64,000 bases of DNA from Ascidiella aspersa. Taxonomy: Eukaryota. The DNA is taken from assembly GCA_963924565.1 (NCBI GenBank), contig OZ004613.1, forward strand, positions 4,588,001-4,652,000. The letters are read 5' to 3'. Both the position numbers and the translations under genes were made by a program. A model generated the notes under the pieces. It was not told the origin of the DNA. It was given only the letters and a program-made list of their open reading frames with translations, and searched no databases. Below, in pieces: positions 35,211 to 48,976 of this stretch (the first letter of the stretch is position 1; every line of letters begins with the position of its first letter).

Positions 35211-38200
35211 ACGGATATACATTGAAGTGTTTTCACTCACCTTTTTATTTTTCGAAAAGCTCTTGAAAAAACGTTTTAGCAAGTACGGGTATTTACTTAG
35301 TCTTAGATAAAAGATAAAACTATTTAGAAATTATCTAGAAAATAACTGTTTTATGGCGGTTAAATATACTGATTTGTGTAGAATTAATTATTTTTTGTAA
35401 GAATACACATAATAAATCTAAGTCAGTGCTTCTCAATCTTTTTTCGCGGCCACCCAAATACTAAGCGTAAATTTAACAGCAAAGGTTTGGCAATTCAATT
35501 CTCTTCACTAAACGTTTTGTAAGCTTACAGTGAACGAAACGCATGTAAAGCAAGAATAGCTTCAATAATTCGCATTTACTAAATATTAGCCATATGTAAG
35601 TATTGCTTTGGTTAATTTAGTGTTCGGAGAAATGTTGCTTAGAACCAATTTAAATAAGTCACACCACGTGAACAACTGTCGTTGATTCAAATCAAATTAA
35701 ACTGTCGCCCAATTCTGACAACCCTAAGCATGCGCAATGCTCTACTTCAAGGCACAGTTTTTCGGTAGTGTGCAGGGACAGGGTAGAAAAGCGTTTCCCG
35801 ACCGTGGCCCTCGGCCCCCCTGCATGTCCTATTTTGAATATTAGCCAGTTAAACAAAAATTTGTTGTTTTCATTATGACTTTAGAGACCTCTCTTGTAAC
35901 ATTATGCGCAGTAATTATGTGGTTTGTGAACAAGGGGGGCCGCAGAGTATTTAGTGTAAATGATAGGGGGGCGCGACTCATGAAAGGTTGAGAACCACCA
36001 GGGTAGACTGTGGTGCCAGTGTCGCACCAAAGCGCTGCACCTAAACCGCTAACAACAGCGGTAGCGGCACGCTGGATAGGATAACAAACATGTATCAAAT
36101 TTATTTGTCGTTTCGAAGTTTCAATTGACATTTTTACAACTTTTAGAGGATTGAAGACACCAAGCGGGCCGCAGAAACACCATCGTATTCCATCGTACAA
36201 GTCCAAGCATAAAGGGCGATTTTATCTAACTCGAACTGTTAAAACGTACAACGCACTGTATTGGAGCTTTATTGTGAAGTGCTAAATCACCAGGGCGAAA
36301 CAATATTGCACCTTTAAACGTATACACAACCACAGATATAATTTATTCCTATTATGAGAACCTTTATAAAAGTGTGTAAAACTCCAAGCATACACAAGAA
36401 AAAAAGTGTTGATATTTGTAAAGTTGTAGTCGCATGGGGCGCTCTTGAGCTACCTTATTTGGTAAAAATAAATAATGATTGATTGACAAGCGTTTGTAGA
36501 TTAATCAATAAATGAAAAAAATTGCAATCATTAGTCAGTTTTTGTCTGGTCTCAACACTTGTTATTTACTTCTATTTGGAGCCATTTTAAAAGTTATTCA
36601 TAAGGGTGTAGTGATATACTTGGGCGCACCATGCACGGATCTGTAATGTAGCTTGATAATGAATTGGGAAGCCAAAAAGGTCGAGTAAATCGACATCGTC
36701 TTGAATAAGACGTTTCGATACGAACTTGTGTCACATTTACTGAAAATGATGCAAGTTCGAAAACGTCATTATCAAGATTGTGTCGATTTACTCGACCTTT
36801 TTGGCTTTGAATTTGATTTTAAAGCGATATGTTTTAAGGAACTTGTAAAGTGATTGTTTAATCTGGTCCTCCGCAGTTAGTTTTTTTGCAAAATATTCGC
36901 CTATGTGATACGAAATAACGCCATACCCATAAAAAAAAAAGTAAAAAAAAAAGTAGTAAAAAATTGTCACTTGTTCCGAGAATTACGGCTGAAATGCTTT
37001 AATTAATTTGAAACGAATCGGAAACGATACCACCCTAGTATCGGATGCAACTCAGTATCGATATTTGCTTCGGTCCGATATTATCGAACACACCTATAAG
37101 TACAAATAGATTTTGCAAATATCCCTTACAAAGAAAGTCTGGTGCATTTCAAGCATAACAACGCCCTTTTGTGACGAATAAACGCATTACGTTCGGCTCG
37201 ATTATTGCGTCACAGTGGGGGGTTTGACCTTTGCAGAGTCAGTGGTGAAAAGGCCAAGCGCATTAAGAAGACTTGACACAGCGAATCCAGCGATTATCTG
37301 CCAGGATTTCGGGGAACTGTTTCATCTGAAAGACGGCTTTTTACGGCTTAGGCAATTTTCCGCCAATGCCTTGACGCTTTGCCCCGAAATCACCGCGGTT
37401 CGCTACATTTGTGACGGGTCGTGAATTCGCTGTTTTGGCGACACCACAAGTCAGCAGCTGCCTGCCAGCCTTTTTGCAGCGCAGCTGACACCTGATGCGA
37501 AACTTGTGGGCGTCGGTGCAGAGGAAAAAGGCCGTTTCGACTGTTAAAAGGATCATTTTTTGTTTGACAGGCGCACAATTTTTTGTTTGGAGGTAAAAAT
37601 TTTAAAACCAAAAACAACATTGTTCTTTAAAAATACGCATTTTTTGTTCCATCTAGGGTTCAAATTTAAAACTGAACATACAGCTCTTGTGCAATAATAG
37701 ATCGCTTGGCACTATTTTATTTCAGTTCCTATTTTAGATCCGCGTAAGCTTTGCGAGAAAAAAACATTAGGCGTATACGCTTTCTTATATAGTGGAACTT
37801 TTTACGTTTTGCGTGGCAGCAAGTTTCTTTGAAAGCCCCCTAGTATAAATATTTTGCAAAACCGAGGTTACGGGGTACACTTTTTGTAAAAAAAACGCAA
37901 AGTTCGGTTTAAAGTTAAATTTAAATCGATTGTTGATACACTTTTAAAAACCACACCTTTTCGTTCAAAATTGACGTGAAATTTGTGAACAAATAAAAAT
38001 AAGTTGTGGACTTTGTTGTTCCAAGTTGAGCGACTTTTTTTGTAAGTAAATTTTGATGACTGCTTTTAACCAATTAAGGCAATGAATCTTTCTTAAACAA
38101 TGCGGCTTAATCATTTAAAATTTTGTTGTGCTGACCTTTTTTCTCACATTCCACTTTTTTCGTAAACTTTCGTCGAAAAAAAGCATCTCTAAAAATTTCG

Positions 38201-38723
38201 CATAAAACAAACAAAAAAACGATGACGTAAGACAATGCCATGAAAGCGCTGCCATTGTTTTCGGTTAGAGGGGTCACGGGGTCGTTACCCCCACTTTGGG
38301 GGGCCTGGCCTGGGTCCCAATTTTGCACGTGCCCCCCTCCGGCGTTGCGGAATGTTAAACGAGGTGGTTGACTTCGCTTTTTGGACCCTCTCTTGTACGA
38401 AGATACGATTTGAGATGAAAGGCGTGTTTGGGAAATTTGAAACCAGTTTTAGACGAGAGCGCGAATCTAGGAATAGCGCAGCAAAGTTTGCTGCATGCGA
38501 GCTGTCAACAGAAGCTGATTTGTGCGTTTGTTTTGGGGATGCGAAAAAAAAATGCTGACTGGGCGATAATCCGACTGCAATATTTGACGCATTTTTGTGT
38601 CTCTCTGTTTTCAAAAAATTAAGCAAAAGTTTTCGTCTCCCTCTTGCGTAAAAACGCTGAATGCTGCGCGTTGCCATTTCAACCACTGCAAAATCCACGT
38701 GTTTTGTGTCTCTCTGTTTAGTT

Positions 38724-39062
38724 CAGGGGTTCTTAAACTGGGGTCCATGGACCCCTTGGGGGTCCGTGAACTAGTTTTAGGGGGTCCATGAAAGCCTAAT
38801 TGAAATATTAGTGTATATTAAAGGAGTTACCATTTTTTCAAAGAAAACAATTTAATTAAAAATAAAATGGATTTGGACTGAATGTATTGAGACTCCATTT
38901 CACATTTTCACATTTTTGGACCGAAATCAGCAGATTTATGAAGGTTATTTGTATTGTGACGTCAATTTAGGACGTCATTTTTTATTTTTTTCCCTACGTG
39001 GTCCACGCGAGGCCAAAAAGGAATTTTAGGGGTCCGCGGTAAAAAAAGTTTAAGAACCCCTG
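38724..39062. mobile_element. hAT-type MITE, family B copy 2 (opposite orientation)
   Basis: TIRs CAGGGGTTCTTAA / TTAAGAACCCCTG; perfect TSD GTTTAGTT. Confidence 0.9.
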
Positions 39063-41764
39063 GTTTAGTTAAACGTTTACTTTTTTAGGAGATTTGTTTT
39101 CCCTGAAAGATACGCGCCAACTGGATACCGTTCCGGGTACAATATTTGAAGCATTTTTTGTTCTCTCGTTTTTTTTTAAAGGTTTTTAGATGTTAAGAAT
39201 GTATACCTTCAAGAGATGTTACCCCTGAGAAACAAGCGCCAACTGAATGCAATTATGACTGATTTTCGGCGTTTTTTTACAAATTAATTATGGGAAACTA
39301 AATAAAAACAGATAATAAACCAAAATTTAAAATGTATGGTAGACTTATAGGTATACACTAGAGTAAACACGTATCTGTAATGTACCTTGATACTGATTCT
39401 CAAAGCTAAAAAGTTCTAGTAATTCGACGTAAACTTTATTGTCAAGCTATATCAGACGTATGTTTTTTATTCACACGTTTCGGCAATAAGGTGTTTAGGC
39501 TTTATATTTTTTGGGAGGTTGTAAAAACAAAGTGTCTTCTGGCGTTATTCTGACCAAAATATCGACAAACTCTAGCAAAGCAATGATCGTTTATTTCGGT
39601 ATACACAAGAAGCCGGGACAAACGATAAACTCGTATGCTTTTTCTCTGCTTTAAAATGTTCCGACAAACAGTGAATATTTTTAAACTTGTTGCCATAAAA
39701 CGTGTATCGTGTTCCAAGGATGATATAGCTGTGCATAAAACTTCAATACGGCGTCTATTGTTTGTTTGCCAACCAGCTTAATGCAGTGATGCGAACAGTC
39801 GACCCACACGTGCGTGAAGAAACATTTTTTTTGTTTTTTCCCGGATCAAGAATTAACATAGGTCAAGTATTTCGGTGTTCAATCCATATGAAGTCCTCTT
39901 TTAACTAAAATATTTTTGTCCATTTTGAACTTGCAACGACCTTGTGTTTATTGTTTTCAAAGTCTGATGCAGATGGGTTTCAATGTTTTTCTAAGGTTTG
40001 TTAAAGATTATTCTGTTGTCGTACATAAATCGCTCGAAACACGCTACATATTGATTAGTTCGCTCTCAACATCGTAGTCTATACAAGTCTAAAAAAGCAT
40101 TATTTTTCAAAATAACAAAACTTTTCACGGCGCACCTGAGAAATCTCTCGAAGCTCATTCCTTAGTTTGAAGCAGACAGTTTTTAAATCACGGGACTACT
40201 TGCTTTTAACAAGTTAATTTTGCAAAAAAATAATTTTATAAACGCGGCAAATCAAAAAAAAATAATCCTATAAAATAATCGCGTCAAAAGAAAATTGATG
40301 CGCGTACATATTCGATTCAATACGACAAAGCAGAAAGCCCAAGAAACCACAAGCTGTCAAAAGAATAACCACATGAGTCGAAGTTTGCAACAGCACACCA
40401 GTAGCTTTCACCGTGCAAGAAAAACAAACATAGTTAAGGCACTTCAATACTGTTGACGAAAATACCTCGTCTCCACAAAGCTTTGGGAACTGACCTTTAC
40501 CTGGGTTTAAAGTGAAAGTGTTCTTTGTTTGGTTCAAGGCCGCGACCCCAAACTATACGGTTACTGGGGTTTTGCTTTGGCCCCCAACGTGGGTAAATTT
40601 ACCCCCATTGGCGAGCACGTTGGGCTTAGGGAATATCCTACTCATGACGTTTCCATCAAGTTGGTTGTAGTTTTCCGCCTAAAGTGGTGGTAAACGAAAA
40701 AGGCCGTGACTTGACTTAAATGCACTTAGGTCGCTGTTTTAAATGACTTAAAGGCGTTTTGCTAAAATGAGTCAACTTAACATAAGTCTTATGGACAAAT
40801 GACTTGACTTGGACTTATATTCATGGCGTTAAATGGTTTTATTTCCATGTTTTTTTAAATTTCAGCTATTTATCTCAAGTTTTGCGCCTAAATCATTAAA
40901 TTCCAAGCATAATGGCAGATTGAACATTGTTTATGCAATTTATGGTCAAACAATTTGCAAACAACTCCAGCCGGTTGCCATAAGAATTCATAAAGAACAC
41001 ATATTAATTAGAAAAAGTTTAAGTATTTCTTATCGTCTTGGTTTTACTTTGTAATCCTAATATTATTTTAAGTTTGGTTTACGGCTGGGCGACGGGCGCG
41101 CAACAAACGTAATGGTTAAGATTAAGAAAAAAAGCGAATTTCAGGATTAATTGTTGTTTGTAGCATAATGGCTAGCGGATATATTTAGACGTAAAATGAG
41201 TATCAAACCACAAAATTCAACTTACTCCTGTATAGGATTTGTAATTATTAAGGTATTTATATTTTAAGGCGTTTTTTGTTTTCTTAACTTCGCTTGTTAA
41301 TCTACCCGTTGTTCATTTTCCAAAATTCCCAAACTGTTTCACTTAAATCGCCAAAGGTGCGAATGAAATTGCGGCGATCGCTGGTTGCTCAAAGCAGCCA
41401 CCCAAAACCTCACCCGCTTAGGTGGTCCCGTTTGAAATCCAATCACTTTCTCGTTTTCTGCCTGATGGAACCGTCAGTCCGCTAGTAGTGACGGCTCCAG
41501 TCTGCACCGCCAGTTCTTGCCATTCATGTGGCCACGGCAAAGCGTTAAAACCAGTGAATTTCCAAGTTTATGGCCTCGCTGTTTTCTTTGTGTACGCAGA
41601 GCACTTGAAGCCACAAATACTCTACGCATGGGGTTCTTTTAAATTCTGAGGACAAAATTTTGTAGAAAAATGCGGTATTTTGCTTTTTAACTCCAGCTTT
41701 AAATCGAACATTTAGGAAAAAACATTATCACTTTTTTAATAAGAGGTTTATTTATTTTTATTTG

Positions 41765-42040
41765 GCATCAGTCGAGCAAGACTAAAACAAAGAATACTAA
41801 CCGGTCAGTTACAAAAAGCAAATTCCGCAGCTATAAAGTACGTTTTTGAAGTGATAAGACTTGTTATCAGATTAAGGTAGGAAAAAGACTGTTTTCTTAA
41901 ATGACCACTCGATTTTTTTTTTGTTTATCTTGCATCAGTTATGCAGGACTAAAAAAAGACTAACGATAAGTTACCGAAAGTAAAATTCTGTAGCTATAAA
42001 GTACGTTTTGTAGGTGATAAGACTTGTTATCGGATTAAGG
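41765..42040. repeat. Local duplication of a ~110-bp unit (41765-41877, 41932-42040)
   Basis: Both copies share GCATCAGT...AGCTATAAAGTACGTTTT...GTGATAAGACTTGTTATC.GATTAAGG. Confidence 0.8.
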
Positions 42041-43519
42041 AATAAAAACAAGTTAGAACATAATCTGTTATGTTTTCCAATACAACCAGCCTAATCAGGT
42101 GCTAATGACTAATCGTGCTTTAATATTGACAAGATTTAGCGTTTCTGCATCACTTTTTGAATATCCTGTTGTATAACACCACTATAAAATTCCCGCTACA
42201 GAGACCTTGGGTTAACTAAACACAATAATCTGGTCTCAATGCTTTAAGACGCTTGGTACGTTCTTAAAACCACATGGCATCGTCAAACGTTGGTATTGTG
42301 CCGGTAAGCCTAAGCTTCTAAATGACGTTGTAGCCTATGAAGTCGTATCGTCTATAGTGGTGTTAAATGACGTTATATAATCCAGTTAGGCATTTTATGA
42401 CGTCAAATGATCCACTGGGCCATTTAATGACGTCATATTACCCAGGATGACCTATTTTATAAAGTCAACAAACCAACAGGCAAACTCGTAACGAAACCAA
42501 ACTAGACTAGGAAGAAAACGGTGCCGGCCTTGGTCGAACGGCCTCGAAATGTGGCCGAGTAAGTGTGATGTTGAAGGGCGTTAACCGACAGCTGGCCCTG
42601 TGCTGTCAGTCTCATGCCAGAGAGAAGCTGTGAGTTTACAAACAAGTTGAAAGCCGCCACAACATCGCCTTTGATCCCCGCGAGCAGTTTGAAGCTCCGA
42701 GTTTAAAGACCTCACTTCTGCGAACCAGCAGCGGCAGTGGTAAACCGCAATGCTGAATGTCGTCGCTTCATCGACCTGTAGGCGCTACATTTTATTTTCA
42801 TCTTGGCTTGGCGGGAGGCGTAGCGTCTAAAAGTAAAACGAGCAATTTCTTTAACACTTTTGCGTCGCATTTATGGCAAATTGTCCAGTTGTTTTTCCTA
42901 CAACATTGGTATTTATCCATCTAAGTACTACGCAATCTCGAGGTCGTTTTACTATTTCGCCTTGTGATAGATTGTTTAATATTTAAGTGTGCACTGTAAA
43001 AAGTTAATACCTTTATTCTTGTGCCTCTATTGGATTGAGTTGACCTTAAAATAATATGAAGAACGAACATGTGGAACAAGATATATTTTTTGATGTTGAA
43101 AATGAATAAAGACTTATTCGAAACGTTCAAAATGATACCTACTCCTGTATGGCCTTTGATATTCTTATTACGTCTTACTACAACCTCCAACCATTATGCT
43201 CCAAAATATTAACAGCAAATTCATCATTATACTAATTATATATCATAAATGATACTAAATTAACAATGTGTATTGTTTTTTGTATGTTAATTGAGTATTA
43301 AAAACGATTTTATAATTTACTTAAAAAATTTGTACTGCTGGTAAAAGTAAGCCGAACTTCGGTAAAGAACTTTTGCAGGTACGTTGTGCCGGTAAAAAAC
43401 GTTCTGTTTTACCAGGTCATCCTGTCATCCACTTTAATGTGTTTAAACTAAAATAGTAGCATATTTGGGCACTACATCGAACAAAAGCCCCAGGTTTAGT
43501 ACGATAACTTGTTTTAGAC

Positions 43520-44086
43520 TAGCGGTTCTTAACCTTTTTTCCCTTATTACCCATTTCTGTCCAGATCAAAATCCCATTAACCAAAATCTAGTTTTATCTA
43601 TTTTGCTATTTTGCCACACTAAAAATATAAAACAGCGTTATTCAACAAAAACAACATTTAATGTAAAGAATGACATCATTAGGGTTAGTGAGACATTTGC
43701 TCTTGTCTTTTGCATACAATCGATGCAATATTAGGCGCGATTTTAGATACTGAACGCAAATCTGACTCCAGAACTTACAGCTTGTTGCGGAATTTTGTTT
43801 TTAAAGCAACACTATGACAAAACAATTGTTAAAATGATAACATATCACAGTGCTTGTTTGGTTGTTTCAAAAGCACTCAAAACAGCTAAAAAATAATAAA
43901 ACAACTTTTTACTTATAGGCTTATAGCTGTGACGTTTTTTGTTACATCTATAATTCTAAATATTCTGGTTCAGCAGATTACAGCTGTGACATTGTTTGTT
44001 ACAACTGTAATTCTAGTTCAGCTGATTACCCACCTGCTATCCCTGAAATTACCCACATGTGGGTACCCATAGGTTAAGAACCGCTG
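43520..44086. mobile_element. hAT-type MITE
   Basis: TIRs (T)AGCGGTTCTTAACCT / AGGTTAAGAACCGCTG; perfect TSD TTTTAGAC. Confidence 0.88.
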
Positions 44087-47000
44087 TTTTAGACAAAGGT
44101 TCGTCCGTTACGACATAACTTTGTGAGGTCATCTTAAAAAAGGTGTGCGCTCCGGTATATTTTTTTTCATCGTTACTGTATAAATTATTCTATTTTCACC
44201 AATTAACACTAGTAACCCTGTGGTATACTTCTCTCCTAATTTCACCCCACGAATAAGGCCCTAGAAAATACGTAATTATGTGGTTATATGTTGACTGGGA
44301 CACACCGCATCTTAAATCCTAAAGTTTGTCCATATTCCATTTTAAGAACTCTTCTCTTCTCGGAAGAAGCTGGATTTCTTTACTAATCCGATGTTTGTCA
44401 TTTTCCCGGCACCAGGTGGTTTTACCTGTGATGTAGCACTCCAGTTTTAGCCGGTCTTGTCGCGTGCCAGTGATTATCTTGAGCGATCGACTTGAAAGTG
44501 AAATAACTTCGCTTTAACGTCATTTTCAGGCTGCTGCGTTTGGCTTGTAAACAATGAGACGCTATAGTAGGTTGTAGGGCTATAGGTCAGGAACTTAATT
44601 CCTTTGATTTTGTTGTGCTTTATTTTTGACACCAACGTGCAGATCAAAATTACAGCGTAATGGCTGAAGGTTGTAGTTAGGCATAGAATAACTGTACAGA
44701 AGTGGAATGTTGTTTTTTCGAAAAAAAATGGATTTGGAAATCATTGCACACCACTTAAAGCTTGTTTTCTGACGAACGTTGTTTTTATTTTTATTTCTAC
44801 TTGTTATCAATGTTGTCAATCACCTTCCAACTTACTGTTAAGAAACGCAATATCAACATGGAAATATGTCGCTTGGTGAATGGTGACTAAAGTGAGGTAG
44901 TACAAATATACGGGCGATATTTGTCAGCATGCACTTTAATCTGTTCAGCATACAAGAAAACCTATTTTAGGACTTTAATTGACGTTTCAGTGATGACGCC
45001 ATATCTAAAACCCGGTGACGTCATTCTTTGTTAAAAAAATGCCTCAAATCCTATTAATTACCTGATAAACTCAACAAACTCCAAAAATTGAAATTCCCGT
45101 ATGAAGCACCGAAAAGAAATTAGCTGCAGCGGTGACACACAGGCCCTTTATTGCGTCAACAAGCCCTAACAAAGGCATATGTTGCGTGTCAATAGGAGAT
45201 TACTAGTTGCTGGAACGGAATTCGGGCTCGTTCCAAACCTATATGTGCTATGTGCTGTCAGCTCTCTTGGGTTGGTTAACGTGGGGAGAAACACGTTGAG
45301 GCTTCAAGGTGGGATGCAAAGTTTCCAGGGGCATCAAAAGGGGTAGGTGTTGGGGGCTGGTTCTACTTTTATGCCTGGAACCCCCTACAAAAGTAAAGTT
45401 ATGTTGGTAACCACAAAAAAAAGAAAAATTACTTTGAAAACCCCTTAAAATTGCAAAAGTCCTTCAAATCTATAAATGAGTAGTTATAAGCCATCTTAAA
45501 ATACTGAGGAAAATTGTTTCTCCTTCGCGGGTATGAGTCAAAATAAAAACCTCCGACAACAAAACACAGGACCTTCGAATATATTACAAATGCTGCTGTT
45601 TTTTTTCTTTTTAGAAGTGGAATAAGTTTTTCTGCATTGCCCTATGGATTTTATTTAGTTTCATAACAGCTTGTTGGTTAAGCCCCGTATTTGCTCTGGT
45701 ACGACAATAAATATACGTTCACCCCTACTTTAAACCCTCTAAATGCAGTCTTCAATAAGGAATTTTAATTCGATGTAGCTCAAAAGCAGATAGAGAGTTC
45801 ACAGCAGGACTTCAACCAGGTCTGGCATAATTGGCTGGCACGCGCACACGTTCTCTGCCAAGATGAACTCGTCAGCTTTCAAGCGGCGATGATAAGTTCC
45901 CACCTGGGAATGTTGTAGGCTAGAGCCGCTGACAACCTTTTGTGGTTTGCTTGCGTGAACTGCTGGTGTGATGTAGCGGCTATACGCCATTAGGGCGACT
46001 GCGATGTCGAATGTATATATATAACGATGACGATAATAGAACGCGGTACCGTGAACACTCTGGGATAATTTGTGAAAGCTGTTTGACATTTCAGTACATA
46101 ATGCTTTGACATTTTAAAACATATTCAGCAGTATTTCTCTACCTTTATCTGACCCAAATACTAAGCGTACAAGTATAAAAGATCCAAACAGAACTTCAAA
46201 GGGCACAAAAATATCCAAAACAACCTATATCAAAAAGATCAGAATACTATGATTACGCAAAATGCATCACCAGTTCTGCTTAATCAACATTAAGTTAACA
46301 GCGATGCTTTGGCGACCCGAGTCTGTTCACTGGACCCTTTTTAAGTTTAAAGTGAACACAACACAACAACAAGCAGTTTATTTTTATTGCCCTGTGTTAG
46401 TGATTTAACATCCTCATAACTTGGGGTTGTTGTTATCAATCTGCACAACGCCATGATGCCGAAACGTTGCTGCAAGATGTAACAGTCTAGTGACGCCAAT
46501 GCAAAAGTAGGTTTCATTGCGTGATTTCGAGCAACTTAATCCTAACTAACATGTTGCTAGAAAGTAATGAAGTGATCCAGTCATCAATTTAGGAAGCAAG
46601 AGTATAAAAAAAGATATATATAGGCGACTGGGAATGTTGAAAGAGGCGCTTCAAGCGAAAGTACCTCGCCCAAGTTAACCTTAAAAAATACCACGTCCAT
46701 GCGGCAGCATGTTAGCATTGCTTCAATTTAGTAATACAACAAACGTTTTTGAGAACTTTACAGCTAAAACTAGCAGAAAGCAATATGCCGAAAATCCATC
46801 GCACATTATAACACATATGAGTGCGTGTCTTTCATTAACAGAAAGCAAGTTACAAATTTTTTAAAAAGTTTTGCAAAAATCCAAATTCCTTGTTTTAGTT
46901 TAGCATAGCGTATGCACAAGCCCCAGTAGTAGTTAAAAATCAGAATAGAATGAAAAAAGCAAACTTCAGCCTTCACAATCCGGAAGAAAAAACGCGAGCG

Positions 47001-48823
47001 CGGAAGATGAAAGAAGTTCTTCTGGCGAAAGTAACTCGACTCAGCTAATCTCATTAGTTCTAATCCGACCCCAGTTCTGCGCGTGCCACCGCGCCTTTGT
47101 TCTCAGCCAGCCATGCGTGACGCAAAGAAATACCCCCTGGCGCCCCCTAATTAGCTCTGTTTGTTGCCCCCTCCCCCCTACCTACAACTTTTTACCCCCT
47201 CTCTCGTTTGCGGTTTGCTAGTTGGCGCAGGGCGAAAGTCTGTTTGTTTTCCGGAGAGCTTACGTTTGTTTGCTACACAAGGCGATATCCCGGTGGCTTC
47301 GATCTGCTGAGGAAGTCAAGTTTGGCGAAAGACGTGAAACGCTCGCTGAAAATGAGTTTTAACCTCGCACGAAAACACTGCTTTTCTGCAAAATTCAGCC
47401 AATATTTTTGCTTAAACTTAAAATGATATATAGGGCGGTTAAATACTTTCTGATGTCAAAAATATTGCAATTCGGCTAAATGGGTAAAAATCTATTAAGT
47501 GATATTTCAGAAAACTCTAATTCACTCTGCAACACCCGCCACATTTTTTGGTGATCTTTTTCTACAATCACCGAAGCACAGGATCATACAACGTTTAAGA
47601 AATTTATATATGCCATCAGTTTTTGCATCGATGAGTAAGTGTAAGCATGATAACATTCATTTTTAAACATAATCAGTATGTTTAGAAATGATTGAAGAGT
47701 TAAGAGTCTACACTTGTTGTTTAGATCAAAGCAAACGTGAGTTATATAAGACTTGGTCTTACGCTTAAGCCTAGTAAGGACGCAAAATCGTTTCATGTTG
47801 TTATTTGTTTCTATAGGCTGATGTTAAACTTCCACTAATTTGAAATCTGTAACGCAGCTTGAAAATGAATCTCAAAGTCAAAAAGGACGAGTAGATCGAC
47901 ACCGTCAAGTGATAATGATGCAAGTATGTATTAAAACGTCTTTATCAAGATAATGTCGATTTACTTGACGTATTTGACTTTGAGATTCATTATCAAGCTG
48001 CATCATTTTTAGGGTTTTAATGAATTTTTGACTACAGCTTTTGTAAAACTGTAGACTTCGAATAAATTCCTCGATATCAACATCTTGTTTTTCGAAGCCG
48101 TCGTTGTTATTGCTAAAGTGGAGAAATCAGGCGGCACTGTTGAAAGAAAAATTCTAATGAATTTCGATTCAATACAATTGGTCTTTCACAGTGCCACCTA
48201 ATTCCTGTAGTTGAAAAATTAGACAAATACGGCTTTTGACAACGATTACTACAGTGGAATTTAAACATATTGGTTACGGTTACTTAATAGCAAAAGTACC
48301 TTCAATGTTTAAGACCCCTTAACAATCAGGAAGCCGATCCTACCCCATTGTTTTGTTTTGTAACCAAGTTCGCAGAACCTGTTGTGGTGAGGCCACAAGT
48401 ATGTGTGCTATACTTCCAAGAAAACAGCAAACTTCTGGATACGGCCAACTGGACTCTACAAAAAGTAACCTTCACAAACGTGACGTTGTTGATCGATGAC
48501 ATGCACAAATATGAAACTAAAAGCTTAGTTTAAATGCATTTAAGGGGATAGCTGAATACAGCCTTGTAAAAAAAAACATATACGGGTTAATTTTTTTTAC
48601 AGATACGGCGTAAATTTTTTAAGGTACCTATGCGGTGAATTTTTTGGAGCGGTAATTTCTGTTTACCTTAGTAGAATAATTTTTTTAGCGAAACGCATGG
48701 TAATCTTCAGAGATGACGTCACAATATTAAGTTATGATAGATTTTTAAAACAAGTAACCCAATAGGACACCTGAGCTTATCGTTCGATGTTGTTTACAAA
48801 TATGCGAATGAAATCTAAAATAC

Positions 48824-48976
48824 GTAATAAGAATATCAAAGCCCATACAGAAGTAGGAACATCTGATGTTGAAAATGAATAAAGACTTATTCGAAACGTT
48901 CAAAATGATACCTACTTCTGTATGGGCTTTGATATTCTTATTACGTCTTACTACAACCTCCAACCATTATGCTCCA
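48824..48976 (+). mobile_element. Short Penelope-like retroposon with hammerhead-like motif and 5'-inverted arm
   Basis: 13-bp TSD AAATCTAAAATAC (48811-48823, 48977-48989). Inverted arm 48822-48857 pairs with 48911-48946. Relatives at about 10930-11085, 16060-16345, 30530-30780, 43091-43207, 59672-59885, 63275-63349. Confidence 0.72.

Noticed and set aside
31000-36000. LIM-domain exons downstream of the PDZ gene
   Set aside because: No CxxC...HxxC-coding exon found on the plus strand; a very divergent exon cannot be excluded by eye.
38285-38698. 137-aa minus-strand ORF and overlapping ORFs
   Set aside because: No motif, overlapping frames on both strands, abuts a MITE.
42921-43190. Recurrent MEVVVRRNKNIK ORFs (also 48745-48963, 59682-59870)
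   Set aside because: Antisense translation of a non-coding repeat family, not a gene family.
44290-44560. Coding-like minus-strand stretch
   Set aside because: Short frames with stops and no recognisable protein motif.
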